A stretch of DNA of 64,000 bases from the NCBI GenBank assembly GCA_946500265.1, contig CAMMVE010000002.1:758-64757 (forward strand), in the 5' to 3' direction. The DNA comes from an uncultured Clostridium sp. GTDB taxonomy: Bacteria; Bacillota; Clostridia; TANB77; CAG-508. This document shows, piece by piece, positions 49,443 to 57,452 of this stretch. The notes under the pieces were generated by a model. The model was given only the letters and a program-made list of their open reading frames with translations. It had not been told where the DNA came from and did not search any database. The translations under genes and the position numbers were made by a program. Positions within the stretch are counted from its first letter, which is position 1, and every line of letters starts with the position of its first letter.

Positions 49443-49629
49443 ATAACCCTCCTTTTAAACTAGGAAATTGCAACTTTATACTTTTGTATATTATAATTCT
49501 ATATTTACATTTTATAATACAATTTTTCCTATTTATTTTTGATACCATTTCAATTCCCTTACTAATGTATCTATCGCTTCAATATATCCATAACTATCTG
49601 TATTATCTTTTCTCACTTGAATATATTGT

Positions 49630-49995
49630 TTATTTTTCATTTTCTGCTTCAGTTCGTTGGCCTTTTTTATTGCTTCCTTTATTTCCATTTTTCATTTGGT
49701 CCTCCTGTTCTTTTGGAATATTTGTATATAATTGTTTTTCAATAAAATTCTCCCAGTATGGACTATCTGTAAAAGTTACTTCAAAGAATATTTGATTATT
49801 TTGGTTTCCTAATATTGATTGATATCCATTCAATACTCTCCACTTTTTCTTTTGTTCATCCCATAAAGGTTTACCCAATAATAATAATATTTGTACCCAA
49901 CCTAATTTTTGAGTATTTACTTTTTGCTTTTCATTACTGTCAATTTTTTTATGAATTTTGTTTGATTTTGTCTCATCTTCTTTTTTCTTTGGCAT
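49630..49995 (-). CDS. hypothetical protein with basic termini
   Basis: 121 aa ORF with no motif recognised. Confidence 0.4.
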   Translation of the reverse strand: MPKKKEDETKSNKIHKKIDSNEKQKVNTQKLGWVQILLLLGKPLWDEQKKKWRVLNGYQSILGNQNNQIFFEVTFTDSPYWENFIEKQLYTNIPKEQEDQMKNGNKGSNKKGQRTEAENEK

Positions 49996-50021
49996 TTAAA
50001 TACCTCCAATCATCTATTTTC

Positions 50022-50822
50022 TTAAAATAATCCCCATTCTGCAAATTTTTCAAATCCACCTATAACATTTATATATTTTTTTGCAATTTCAACTATTTCT
50101 GAGTATGGTTTTCCATCAATCTCTGTATCTCCTATCGCACAGCATAAATTTACTTCTTTTCTTGTTTCTTGTGCTTTTAAAAAAGCATATATATTTACAG
50201 AAACATCAGCCTTACTTAAATCCTTTCCGTGAAGTCCTCCACCTGTTACACTATCAGCCATATCACTTCCAATTTTTCTGTTAGTAGCCCCTGTGTCCAC
50301 ATTTATTCCACCAGTCCAATCCCCTAATGGATTTACTGTAAATTTATAATCAAATTTTTTTAAATATTTTAATAATTCTTCTGTTTTTGCATTACTTTGA
50401 CATATTATAAAATGATCTTTATTTAATATGTATTTTCCATCACTTTTATATTTACTATATAAATCTCTGGCAATATTTGATATTTCACATTGCTCTTTTG
50501 TTAATGGTACACCTTTAAATATCCCATTATCGCCACAACGAATCTCATTTTCTTGATTTTTTGCTAAGTGCTCATCTTGTTTTGCCATTATTATTTCTAT
50601 TTTTACATTATTTGTTTCAGCAATTCTATATACTATGTCAAATATATCAGTTTCATTAAATATGACCGAACTTTCTATAATTATTTTACAGTTTCCATGC
50701 CCTATTAACACTTCAACCGCTATTTTAGGATTTTCCTGTATTTTATATCCTAAATCTACTATTGCTCCTGCTATTCTATCAGCTACTTTATCTGGATGCT
50801 TTGGATTTACTTTTTCTATCAT
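50022..50822 (-). CDS. compact S-adenosylmethionine synthetase (MetK/MAT)-like protein
   Basis: 266 aa. KHPDKVADRIAGAIVD (MetK GHPDKIADQISDAVLD), CGDNGIFKG (GAGDQGLMFGYA), VNPLGDWTGG...NRKIGSDMADSVTGGGLHGKDLSKADVSVNIYAF ([31 protein letters not shown]). About 120 aa shorter than bacterial MetK. Confidence 0.65.
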   Translation of the reverse strand: MIEKVNPKHPDKVADRIAGAIVDLGYKIQENPKIAVEVLIGHGNCKIIIESSVIFNETDIFDIVYRIAETNNVKIEIIMAKQDEHLAKNQENEIRCGDNGIFKGVPLTKEQCEISNIARDLYSKYKSDGKYILNKDHFIICQSNAKTEELLKYLKKFDYKFTVNPLGDWTGGINVDTGATNRKIGSDMADSVTGGGLHGKDLSKADVSVNIYAFLKAQETRKEVNLCCAIGDTEIDGKPYSEIVEIAKKYINVIGGFEKFAEWGLF

Positions 50823-51334
50823 TTTCTACCTCCTAATATCAAATCTAGTTTTTTGTCTATATTTCTTATTGTATTAAAAAAGCTCTCTTGTGCATTATAT
50901 GAATGCACAGTCATTGTTACTATTGTCTCCTTTAGTCCTTCTATTTGTTCTTTATATTGGTTTCGTAATGCTTTTATAGCAAATTCGTGTTGCTGCTTTA
51001 ATTCTTTATTTTCTTTTCTTAATTTACAGAATTCATCAAATCTTATTTCATTTAATTTATTTATGTTTATTTCCTCAAGTAATCCCGCTTCATCTAAATC
51101 ATAAATAAATCTGCCTTTTTTCTCTATATATCCTATCCATTCTTGATCTGCTGCATCTTGATATAATCTAGTTTTTACGATTCTATCTTCTTTGTTAATT
51201 TCAATAGTCTCAAAATATGTCCAGCCTTTATTTGTGTCTTTCATTACTTTTTTTGAGTAATTTCCTTTTGCATCTTGTTTATATCCAAATTGTTCTAACT
51301 CCTTTAAATCCCTTTCAATTTTAATTCTATACAT
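50819..51334 (-). CDS. hypothetical early protein
   Basis: 171 aa, ATGA-type overlap with the next gene. Confidence 0.45.
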   Translation of the reverse strand: MYRIKIERDLKELEQFGYKQDAKGNYSKKVMKDTNKGWTYFETIEINKEDRIVKTRLYQDAADQEWIGYIEKKGRFIYDLDEAGLLEEININKLNEIRFDEFCKLRKENKELKQQHEFAIKALRNQYKEQIEGLKETIVTMTVHSYNAQESFFNTIRNIDKKLDLILGGRK

Positions 51335-51806
51335 TTTTCTTTTCCTCCCTTTTTGATAAAATTAATTTCAATATATCTAATAATTCAAGCCATTCTTTTT
51401 TGTCGCAATCCCAACCATAATCATTGCATTGTTCAATATCTCTAATCATTACTTTTAAATCCTTTGTTGTAAGTAAATGTGTATTTCCACCTATAACTTC
51501 ACAGGTCCATTGAACTATATATGTCTGTCTTCCTAATGCATATCTTTCTGCACTTAATAGAATCATACTTATATCTTCTATTTTTCCATTGAAATTTATG
51601 TCCATAATTTTTTTATTATCTTCTTTCTCAGGATTATCCAGTAAGTTTATAAATTCTTCTGATAATACTTCTTTATAAGATAGTCCTGATGTTTTAGATT
51701 TTTTCTTTGCATTTTCAACGATTTCTTTTGCTTTTTCTGGTTTTGCTATGGAATATATCTTGGCAATATACACATTAACTTCAGTCATTTCATTTTCTTC
51801 TCGCAT
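51327..51806 (-). CDS. hypothetical early protein
   Basis: 159 aa ORF, tightly packed. Confidence 0.45.
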   Translation of the reverse strand: MREENEMTEVNVYIAKIYSIAKPEKAKEIVENAKKKSKTSGLSYKEVLSEEFINLLDNPEKEDNKKIMDINFNGKIEDISMILLSAERYALGRQTYIVQWTCEVIGGNTHLLTTKDLKVMIRDIEQCNDYGWDCDKKEWLELLDILKLILSKREEKKNV

Positions 51807-52006
51807 AATTTTTTCCTTTCAATTTTTATATTTTCTTTCATTACATCAAGTTCTTTTATTTTTGGATTAACATATAAGCATATGTCATAAGAATCGTTTT
51901 CTTTGTCACATTGTAAATTAAAACAAATATTCCTTTTATCCTTATACTTTTCATAAAACTTTCTAATTTTTTTATGTATTTTTTTACAATCTCTTTCAAT
52001 ACTCAT
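51785..52006 (-). CDS. hypothetical small protein
   Basis: 73 aa ORF. Confidence 0.35.
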   Translation of the reverse strand: MSIERDCKKIHKKIRKFYEKYKDKRNICFNLQCDKENDSYDICLYVNPKIKELDVMKENIKIERKKLCEKKMK

Positions 52007-52007
52007 A

Positions 52008-52397
52008 TTACAACAACCTTCCTAAATATTTATCTTCATATTCTTGTTTTAGTTGAGTAGCTGTTTTTTCTAATGATTCATTCACATTAATATTTAATCG
52101 ACTATTTATGTGTTTTGCAATTTCATCCAAATTTATTGGCACTTTTGTATCTTTATCTATTCTTATTTCTGCTATATTTTCTTCTATTGTAGCAGCTACT
52201 GGCAATGAAAGTGTAGTCCTATATGCTACAGCTAGTCCAACAAATTTAATATTTTTAACTTTTGCCCATTCTAGATTTTTTTTAGAAATTTCAAATGTTT
52301 TTAGTGTATAAATATTGCAATCTCGCATTCCTCGTATTATACTATATATTTCCTTATTGCTTTTACAAGGATTTTCTGCTGTTCCTAATTTTTTCAT
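52008..52397 (-). CDS. hypothetical early protein
   Basis: 129 aa ORF. Confidence 0.45.
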   Translation of the reverse strand: MKKLGTAENPCKSNKEIYSIIRGMRDCNIYTLKTFEISKKNLEWAKVKNIKFVGLAVAYRTTLSLPVAATIEENIAEIRIDKDTKVPINLDEIAKHINSRLNINVNESLEKTATQLKQEYEDKYLGRLL

Positions 52398-52912
52398 TTC
52401 TGCACCACCTCAAAACTATTTTCTTCAAATTGTTCGTGTGTTAATATTCTTAATAATTTAACTTCTCTATTCCTTATACTTTCTTTTATATCAGAATAAC
52501 TAAATGTAGTTGTATCTTTCTTAATACCTATATAAAAAATATCGCCATCTTCTTCAATTTCTAACACATCTCCTGGTTCTATTAAATCAAGAATATCTTT
52601 ACTATGTTTTTTTATTTCTTCTAAATATGCACTAGCCATTGTAGTATCACATACAAAATATGTTGATTCCATTTTTTCATCTGGTAATAGTATTTTTATT
52701 ACAATTCCTATATATCCATCTTCATTTCTAATATAATCATTTATTTCGATGCAATTCTCATTTGGACATCCATACTTTCCGTTTATTTGCTTAACTATAC
52801 TACATAAATCTTTATCATTGGATTTATTTAAACATTTATTACAGTTAAGTTTCACAAAATTTATATCATTCATCTGCAGTACCTCCTTCATATTTAAATT
52901 TATAGTAATCAC
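52394..52912 (-). CDS. hypothetical early protein with an N-terminal Cys cluster
   Basis: 172 aa. CNKCLNK...CSIV...GCPNENC. Confidence 0.45.
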   Translation of the reverse strand: MITINLNMKEVLQMNDINFVKLNCNKCLNKSNDKDLCSIVKQINGKYGCPNENCIEINDYIRNEDGYIGIVIKILLPDEKMESTYFVCDTTMASAYLEEIKKHSKDILDLIEPGDVLEIEEDGDIFYIGIKKDTTTFSYSDIKESIRNREVKLLRILTHEQFEENSFEVVQK

Positions 52913-53072
52913 AACTGCAATTCATTTTATATCTGTAATTTATGTATTTATCACACCAAATAACATCATCTAATACTTTTCCATTTTCTTTTTTATTTCC
53001 TATGTTATATTTGCAACTATCACAAGTATAATCAAATTTAACTTCTTTTCCAGTAAAAAAATCAATTATCAT
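52866..53072 (-). CDS. small Cys-rich (zinc-ribbon-like) protein
   Basis: 68 aa. CDSCKY...WCDKY...CSC. Confidence 0.4.
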   Translation of the reverse strand: MIIDFFTGKEVKFDYTCDSCKYNIGNKKENGKVLDDVIWCDKYINYRYKMNCSCDYYKFKYEGGTADE

Positions 53073-53078
53073 TACCTA

Positions 53079-53582
53079 TTACCTCACTACATCCCTTTGC
53101 ATACTTCTTAACATAGATGATAATATTACTTCTTTATCTGCTTTTAATTCTTGCTTTCTTGCAGGTTTGATGCAATATAACTCCTTTAATCCATCTACTG
53201 GCTCTGCCCACTGCTTTGTCCATTTGTTACCAAATACATCTATTGTTTCTTCTTTCTTCTTTTCCATTTTTTCTATTGCTACATATACTCCTATCTCTCT
53301 GGGTATTTCATCTTTTACTTTTTCATATAACTCATATGGCATTACAAAATAATTTTTATTTCCAAAAAAACTTAATTTATTCTTACTATGAAAATCTTGT
53401 ACACTTTGTTTTATTTCATAACAATATACTTGTCTATCACAGTTATACATTACACAATCTACAATTTCAGAGCCATACCAGCCTAAAGTACACTCAAATA
53501 CATAAAATTCATTTCTATTGTTAAAATGATTTTTTAGTAATTCTTCTAGTCTCTTTGTTTTTTCAGTTTTCATTTTACTCAC
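53079..53582 (-). CDS. MmcB-like / PD-(D/E)XK-fold nuclease-like protein
   Basis: 167 aa. ...EIVDCVMYNCDRQVYCYEIKQSVQDFHSKNKLSFFGNKNYFVMPYELY matches the D...E-x-K...F..P pattern I associate with MmcB-type proteins. Confidence 0.45.
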   Translation of the reverse strand: MSKMKTEKTKRLEELLKNHFNNRNEFYVFECTLGWYGSEIVDCVMYNCDRQVYCYEIKQSVQDFHSKNKLSFFGNKNYFVMPYELYEKVKDEIPREIGVYVAIEKMEKKKEETIDVFGNKWTKQWAEPVDGLKELYCIKPARKQELKADKEVILSSMLRSMQRDVVR

Positions 53583-53613
53583 CTACTTTTCGACACATAT
53601 TTTTTTCCTTATC

Positions 53614-53760
53614 CTAAGCTGCACAATTTTCTTTATAGCATTCTTGGAATCCCTGTGTTTCAATTAAAATATGATATTCTCCTTTAACCGTATTATCTAT
53701 ATCTAATATTGGTTTTCTTATATTTTGCTGTATAACTTTATATCTTTCAGGACATTTCAT
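53614..53760 (-). CDS. small hypothetical protein (48 aa, below the ORF-track cutoff)
   Basis: Own translation: MKCPERYKVIQQNIRKPILDIDNTVKGEYHILIETQGFQECYKENCAA. Confidence 0.3.
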   Translation of the reverse strand: MKCPERYKVIQQNIRKPILDIDNTVKGEYHILIETQGFQECYKENCAA

Positions 53761-53767
53761 TTTGAGT

Positions 53768-53905
53768 TTACTCCCTTATCTTTTCTATTTCTTGATCTAA
53801 TGCTTTTATTCTGCTTTCTATACTTTTTTTAATCATTTCTAATTCATCTAATGCAAATTGCATTCCTTCTCTTTGACCAATTAACTGTTGTTTTAATTCT
53901 TTCAC
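53768..53905 (-). CDS. small coiled-coil protein (45 aa, GTG start)
   Basis: Strong RBS GGAGGGGGAT 7 nt before GTG. VKELKQQLIGQREGMQFALDELEMIKKSIESRIKALDQEIEKIRE. Confidence 0.4.
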   Translation of the reverse strand: MKELKQQLIGQREGMQFALDELEMIKKSIESRIKALDQEIEKIRE

Positions 53906-53922
53906 TATATATCCCCCTCCTT

Positions 53923-54369
53923 TTACTTTATAACTGGTATTCCACAAGCATTGCTATCTTTTTTCTTTAAGATTCTTCTATCTAACTTGAAATAACTCAT
54001 ATTTTCTTCAAGAGGTCTTGGTTCTGGTAGATTTATATCATCTTGCCAATTTATATGTTTTGCCATTCCTCCACATTTACATCTTATTATAAATGGACAT
54101 GGCATTATTTTGTATTTTCCTTCAACTCCTATTTCAAGCCACATTTTCCAGGTCTTCCCACATTTTTCACATTCATAGGTCATTGCACCATGTACTAAAG
54201 TAATCCCCATTTCTTCTTCCACTTTTATTAAAGTTTTTATTTTTTCTTCGTTTTCTAATATTTCTTTTTGCAAATTTTCTTCTCTCTGTCTTTCTAATTT
54301 TTCTATATTAATACTCTCTGCTCTATTTCTTCTTCGTTCTTTTGCTCTTTTATTTCTTGCATAACTCAT
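53923..54369 (-). CDS. hypothetical protein with a zinc-ribbon core
   Basis: 148 aa. CEKCGK...PCPFIIRCKCGG. Confidence 0.45.
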   Translation of the reverse strand: MSYARNKRAKERRRNRAESINIEKLERQREENLQKEILENEEKIKTLIKVEEEMGITLVHGAMTYECEKCGKTWKMWLEIGVEGKYKIMPCPFIIRCKCGGMAKHINWQDDINLPEPRPLEENMSYFKLDRRILKKKDSNACGIPVIK

Positions 54370-54379
54370 ATTATCCCTC

Positions 54380-54553
54380 CTACTCTATCTCAAATAACAC
54401 TTCAGCAAAAACAATTTCATTTGTCCTTTTATCATAATATTCTCTAACTATCATAAATAATGGAATTTGATTCTTGCTTTTAAAAGATATTGATATTCTC
54501 GTTTTTTCAAATTTCGATTTTTTATTCTTCTTTCTGTATATATGTATTTTCAT
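54380..54553 (-). CDS. small hypothetical protein (57 aa, below the track cutoff)
   Basis: Own translation MKIHIYRKKNKKSKFEKTRISISFKSKNQIPLFMIVREYYDKRTNEIVFAEVLFEIE. ATGA overlap with the upstream mini-ORF. Confidence 0.3.
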   Translation of the reverse strand: MKIHIYRKKNKKSKFEKTRISISFKSKNQIPLFMIVREYYDKRTNEIVFAEVLFEIE

Positions 54554-54654
54554 TCTTCATCATCCTTTGCAATTTGTAATATACACATCAGACTAACACC
54601 TACTAATCCACCAATAATTAAACCTACTATAAATCCAAATATAAAGTTAATCAT
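54550..54654 (-). CDS. 34 aa single-helix membrane peptide
   Basis: Own translation MINFIFGFIVGLIIGGLVGVSLMCILQIAKDDEE. Confidence 0.3.
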   Translation of the reverse strand: MINFIFGFIVGLIIGGLVGVSLMCILQIAKDDEE

Positions 54655-54663
54655 TTGTAACAC

Positions 54664-54906
54664 CTACTTTCCATATATGTTATACATATATATCGTTTCT
54701 CTTAACGAATCTAATTCTACATATTGTTCATTAATTTTATTTTCTTTTTCTTCTATCAATTCATTTAGCTCATTGATTTTAGCTTGTGCTTCCATATTCA
54801 TAGTAAAACATCCTACTATAAAACCTATTAAAAATGGTATTATAATTACTATTGCTGCTTTTATTTTCTCGTTTCTATTGTATATTTCTTTATCATAAAA
54901 TTTCAT
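54664..54906 (-). CDS. small membrane-anchored coiled-coil protein
   Basis: 80 aa with one hydrophobic helix (AAIVIIIPFLIGFIVGCF). Confidence 0.4.
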   Translation of the reverse strand: MKFYDKEIYNRNEKIKAAIVIIIPFLIGFIVGCFTMNMEAQAKINELNELIEEKENKINEQYVELDSLRETIYMYNIYGK

Positions 54907-54916
54907 TTGTATTTCA

Positions 54917-55126
54917 CTACCTTTCTATAAATTTTTTTCCCTTACACCACATATAGTTATCTGTTGGGCAAAATTCATCATATACATTTGCAAATCTTTC
55001 ATGTTCATTGCAGTACATATCTCCATGTTCTATATATGTACAATTTATACAGTTTTCACAAGTTCTTACTACTTTGTTTTTACTTCTATTTCTTTGTACT
55101 GGTTTGTCCATAAATTCTCCCTTCAT
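54917..55126 (-). CDS. small Cys-rich protein
   Basis: 69 aa. CENCINC...YCNEH...FCP...WC. Confidence 0.4.
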   Translation of the reverse strand: MKGEFMDKPVQRNRSKNKVVRTCENCINCTYIEHGDMYCNEHERFANVYDEFCPTDNYMWCKGKKFIER

Positions 55127-55175
55127 ATATTTTTATTATCCAAGCTGTTCAATTTATTGAACAGCTTTTTTGATC

Positions 55176-55377
55176 TTAATATAGTTCAATATCACTAATA
55201 CCAATAAAATCTAAAACTTTCACATAGCAGTCTTTACATAGTCTTGTAAGTTTTTTGTTAGTGTATATATCCGCTTTTTTTAACAATATCATGTGTCTTT
55301 GAGGTAATTTCTTTCCGGCACATTGGACATATATCATAATATCTATCTTCACTTTTCCAACTATTATAATTTCCCAT
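55176..55377 (-). CDS. small zinc-ribbon protein, paralogue of 55379..55618; needs a +1 shift at in-frame CGG 55317..55315
   Basis: Not in the ORF track. ATG 55377. ATG TGC C GGA AAG AAA gives MGNYNSWKSEDRYYDICPMC-G-KKLPQRHMILLKKADIYTNKKLTRLCKDCYVKVLDFIGISDIELY. This aligns with the neighbour: CVRCGNF...RKLCNMCKDCYIDMLDYLGVSDIEE. The unshifted frame stops after 39 codons. Confidence 0.65.
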
Positions 55378-55378
55378 T

Positions 55379-55618
55379 TTACTCCTCTATATCGCTTACT
55401 CCTAAATAATCCAGCATATCAATATAGCAATCTTTACACATATTACATAGTTTTCTTGGAGAATTTCCATTTTTAGCAACAGAAATAGTAATTCTATCTA
55501 ATGTAAAATTTCCACATCTCACACAAAACTTTTGATTGCTACTTTGAATTCTGAACATAAATTGTTCAAATTCTTGCTTTGACATGTTTTTTATATCTTC
55601 AAAATTTACCGGATTCAT
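55379..55618 (-). CDS. small zinc-ribbon protein
   Basis: 79 aa. CVRCG...CNMCKDCY. Confidence 0.5.
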   Translation of the reverse strand: MNPVNFEDIKNMSKQEFEQFMFRIQSSNQKFCVRCGNFTLDRITISVAKNGNSPRKLCNMCKDCYIDMLDYLGVSDIEE

Positions 55619-55641
55619 AGATTTTATTTTCTCCCTTCTAC

Positions 55642-55875
55642 TTAATATTTTCCTGTATCATTACCAAAGTTTTCTTCTGTTTTCTTTATCCATTCTTTCA
55701 TTGCTTTTACAATATCTTGTCTATTAGCATTAGAAACATACATCATTTCGTTATCTTTTCCTTCTCCAAAATTAAATGCTAATACTACGAACCCGTAACC
55801 ATTTGGTAGTTCCTCATCTACTTTTTTCGCAATTTTTTGCATTTTACTTTTTACAAATTCATTCATTGGATTCAT
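55642..55875 (-). CDS. hypothetical small protein
   Basis: 77 aa ORF. Confidence 0.45.
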   Translation of the reverse strand: MNPMNEFVKSKMQKIAKKVDEELPNGYGFVVLAFNFGEGKDNEMMYVSNANRQDIVKAMKEWIKKTEENFGNDTGKY

Positions 55876-55878
55876 TTC

Positions 55879-56232
55879 CTATTCCTCCTTTATTTTTAAA
55901 TTATATTTATCTTCAAATATTTTCTTCTTTGCTATATATTCCTTCGTTTTAAATCCTTTAGTATCAATTATTTCTGATGTATCGTCATTGTTAAATACTA
56001 TAAAATCAGCTTTATATTTTAGCCCTGGTGCTAGTATAAATACAGGCTGCAAACAAAAACCTTTGATGTCTCCGCTCTGCAGCCTCAATTTTAATTCACA
56101 GTAATAATCCGCTTCTTTTTTGCTATCAAATGTTTGTCCATCTACGGATGTTTTTACTGCACCATATTTACTTTTTTTATTTCCTTTTTTCTGATATTCT
56201 CTATATTCTTCAATACTCCAATGTTCTTGCAT
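55879..56232 (-). CDS. DUF1064-like protein (PD-(D/E)XK-type, resolvase-like)
   Basis: KYGAVKTSVDGQTFDSKKEADYYCELKLRLQSGDIKGFCLQPVF...YKADFIVF...IIDTKG matches the DUF1064 pattern. Confidence 0.55.
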   Translation of the reverse strand: MQEHWSIEEYREYQKKGNKKSKYGAVKTSVDGQTFDSKKEADYYCELKLRLQSGDIKGFCLQPVFILAPGLKYKADFIVFNNDDTSEIIDTKGFKTKEYIAKKKIFEDKYNLKIKEE

Positions 56233-56234
56233 AA

Positions 56235-56450
56235 CTATTCTCCTAAAAGTTCTTTATAAATATTTTTGAATTGGTCTTTAGTATATTTTTGTCCACCTGC
56301 TAAAATTAATGCTATGTCTTCTTGTTCAGATATTCCTTTACCCGTTCCAATATAAAATTTTATTTCTTCTGTAACGACATCTTGTGCTTTTATTATTCCA
56401 AGTATATTAACTCCAAAGTTACCTACCCATAATACTTTTAAAACTTTCAT
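56235..56450 (-). CDS. hypothetical small protein
   Basis: 71 aa ORF. Confidence 0.4.
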   Translation of the reverse strand: MKVLKVLWVGNFGVNILGIIKAQDVVTEEIKFYIGTGKGISEQEDIALILAGGQKYTKDQFKNIYKELLGE

Positions 56451-56740
56451 AGAATATTCCCCCAGCTTTCAACTTTCTTATATGCTGTTTTCATTCCTCC
56501 ATGTTCATCTAGCATTGGAATGATCTTTTGTATTTCTGGAAATTCTCTTTTTAATTGTTCCGCAACATCAATTAATGTTTTTGCCATTTGTGCCATTTCA
56601 ATTGGTCCACCATGTCCTTGCACAATAGATATTGGTGCTTTTTTAAAGTCTTTTGTTATTACAACTTCGCAAGTCAAACAATCATTTTCTGCTTTTATTC
56701 TATTTATTCTTTGCGTTTCTTGAATTTCTCTAAAATCCAT
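56447..56740 (-). CDS. hypothetical small protein
   Basis: 97 aa ORF. Confidence 0.4.
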   Translation of the reverse strand: MDFREIQETQRINRIKAENDCLTCEVVITKDFKKAPISIVQGHGGPIEMAQMAKTLIDVAEQLKREFPEIQKIIPMLDEHGGMKTAYKKVESWGNIL

Positions 56741-56745
56741 ATTAT

Positions 56746-57159
56746 TTATTCCTCCTTCTTTTTCTTAGCACATTTTAAGTCCTTTATTATTCTTGGTGTA
56801 TATTGTCTATTTTCTTGATTACTTTTTAATGTTTCAATATTTTTTATTGTTGTATCTGTTTCTGCACAAATACCTTTTGTTATAAATTTACTTGCATAAG
56901 GTTTTATTGTATTAATTAAATCTATTTTATCCTTTATACATCTTCTTTCTTTTAATACTGTTTCTAATTTCGAGTAAGTTTGCATTCTTTCTATTGCATT
57001 TAATTTACTCAATTCTATTTCATGTAAAAGGTCATCTCTTTCTCCTTCTTTGCTGTATAAATCTGTATTTAACTTTTTTTCTGTTTCGTCTATATTGTAG
57101 AAAAATTCCTTTATATTTTTTAATAAATCTATCGTTTCCTGCATGTTTTCTATTACCAT
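56746..57159 (-). CDS. hypothetical coiled-coil protein
   Basis: 137 aa ORF. Confidence 0.4.
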   Translation of the reverse strand: MVIENMQETIDLLKNIKEFFYNIDETEKKLNTDLYSKEGERDDLLHEIELSKLNAIERMQTYSKLETVLKERRCIKDKIDLINTIKPYASKFITKGICAETDTTIKNIETLKSNQENRQYTPRIIKDLKCAKKKKEE

Positions 57160-57254
57160 AATTTTACCGCCTTTCCTTTGTATCTTTTTTATAGGTTGTG
57201 TTTGTTTCTAATAATTCATATTTTCACAGTTTATTTATATTTTATGTTTACTAA

Positions 57255-57452
57255 TTACATACTAATATGCATTCCTGTTCTTTCTTTATAATGCTGACAA
57301 GTTTCAAATAATCCCATTTGTTTTCCAGTCAGTAAACAATGTGGAAATTCGCAACTAAGTGTCGGAACGCACCATTCACAGTTTTCACAAATTTTTAGTT
57401 TCCTTGATATAAGTTCATCCTCTCTTATTCCTGCCATTTTATTCTCCTTCAT
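57255..57452 (-). CDS. small Cys-rich protein
   Basis: 65 aa. CENCEWC...SCEFPHC...CQH. Confidence 0.4.
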   Translation of the reverse strand: MKENKMAGIREDELISRKLKICENCEWCVPTLSCEFPHCLLTGKQMGLFETCQHYKERTGMHISM

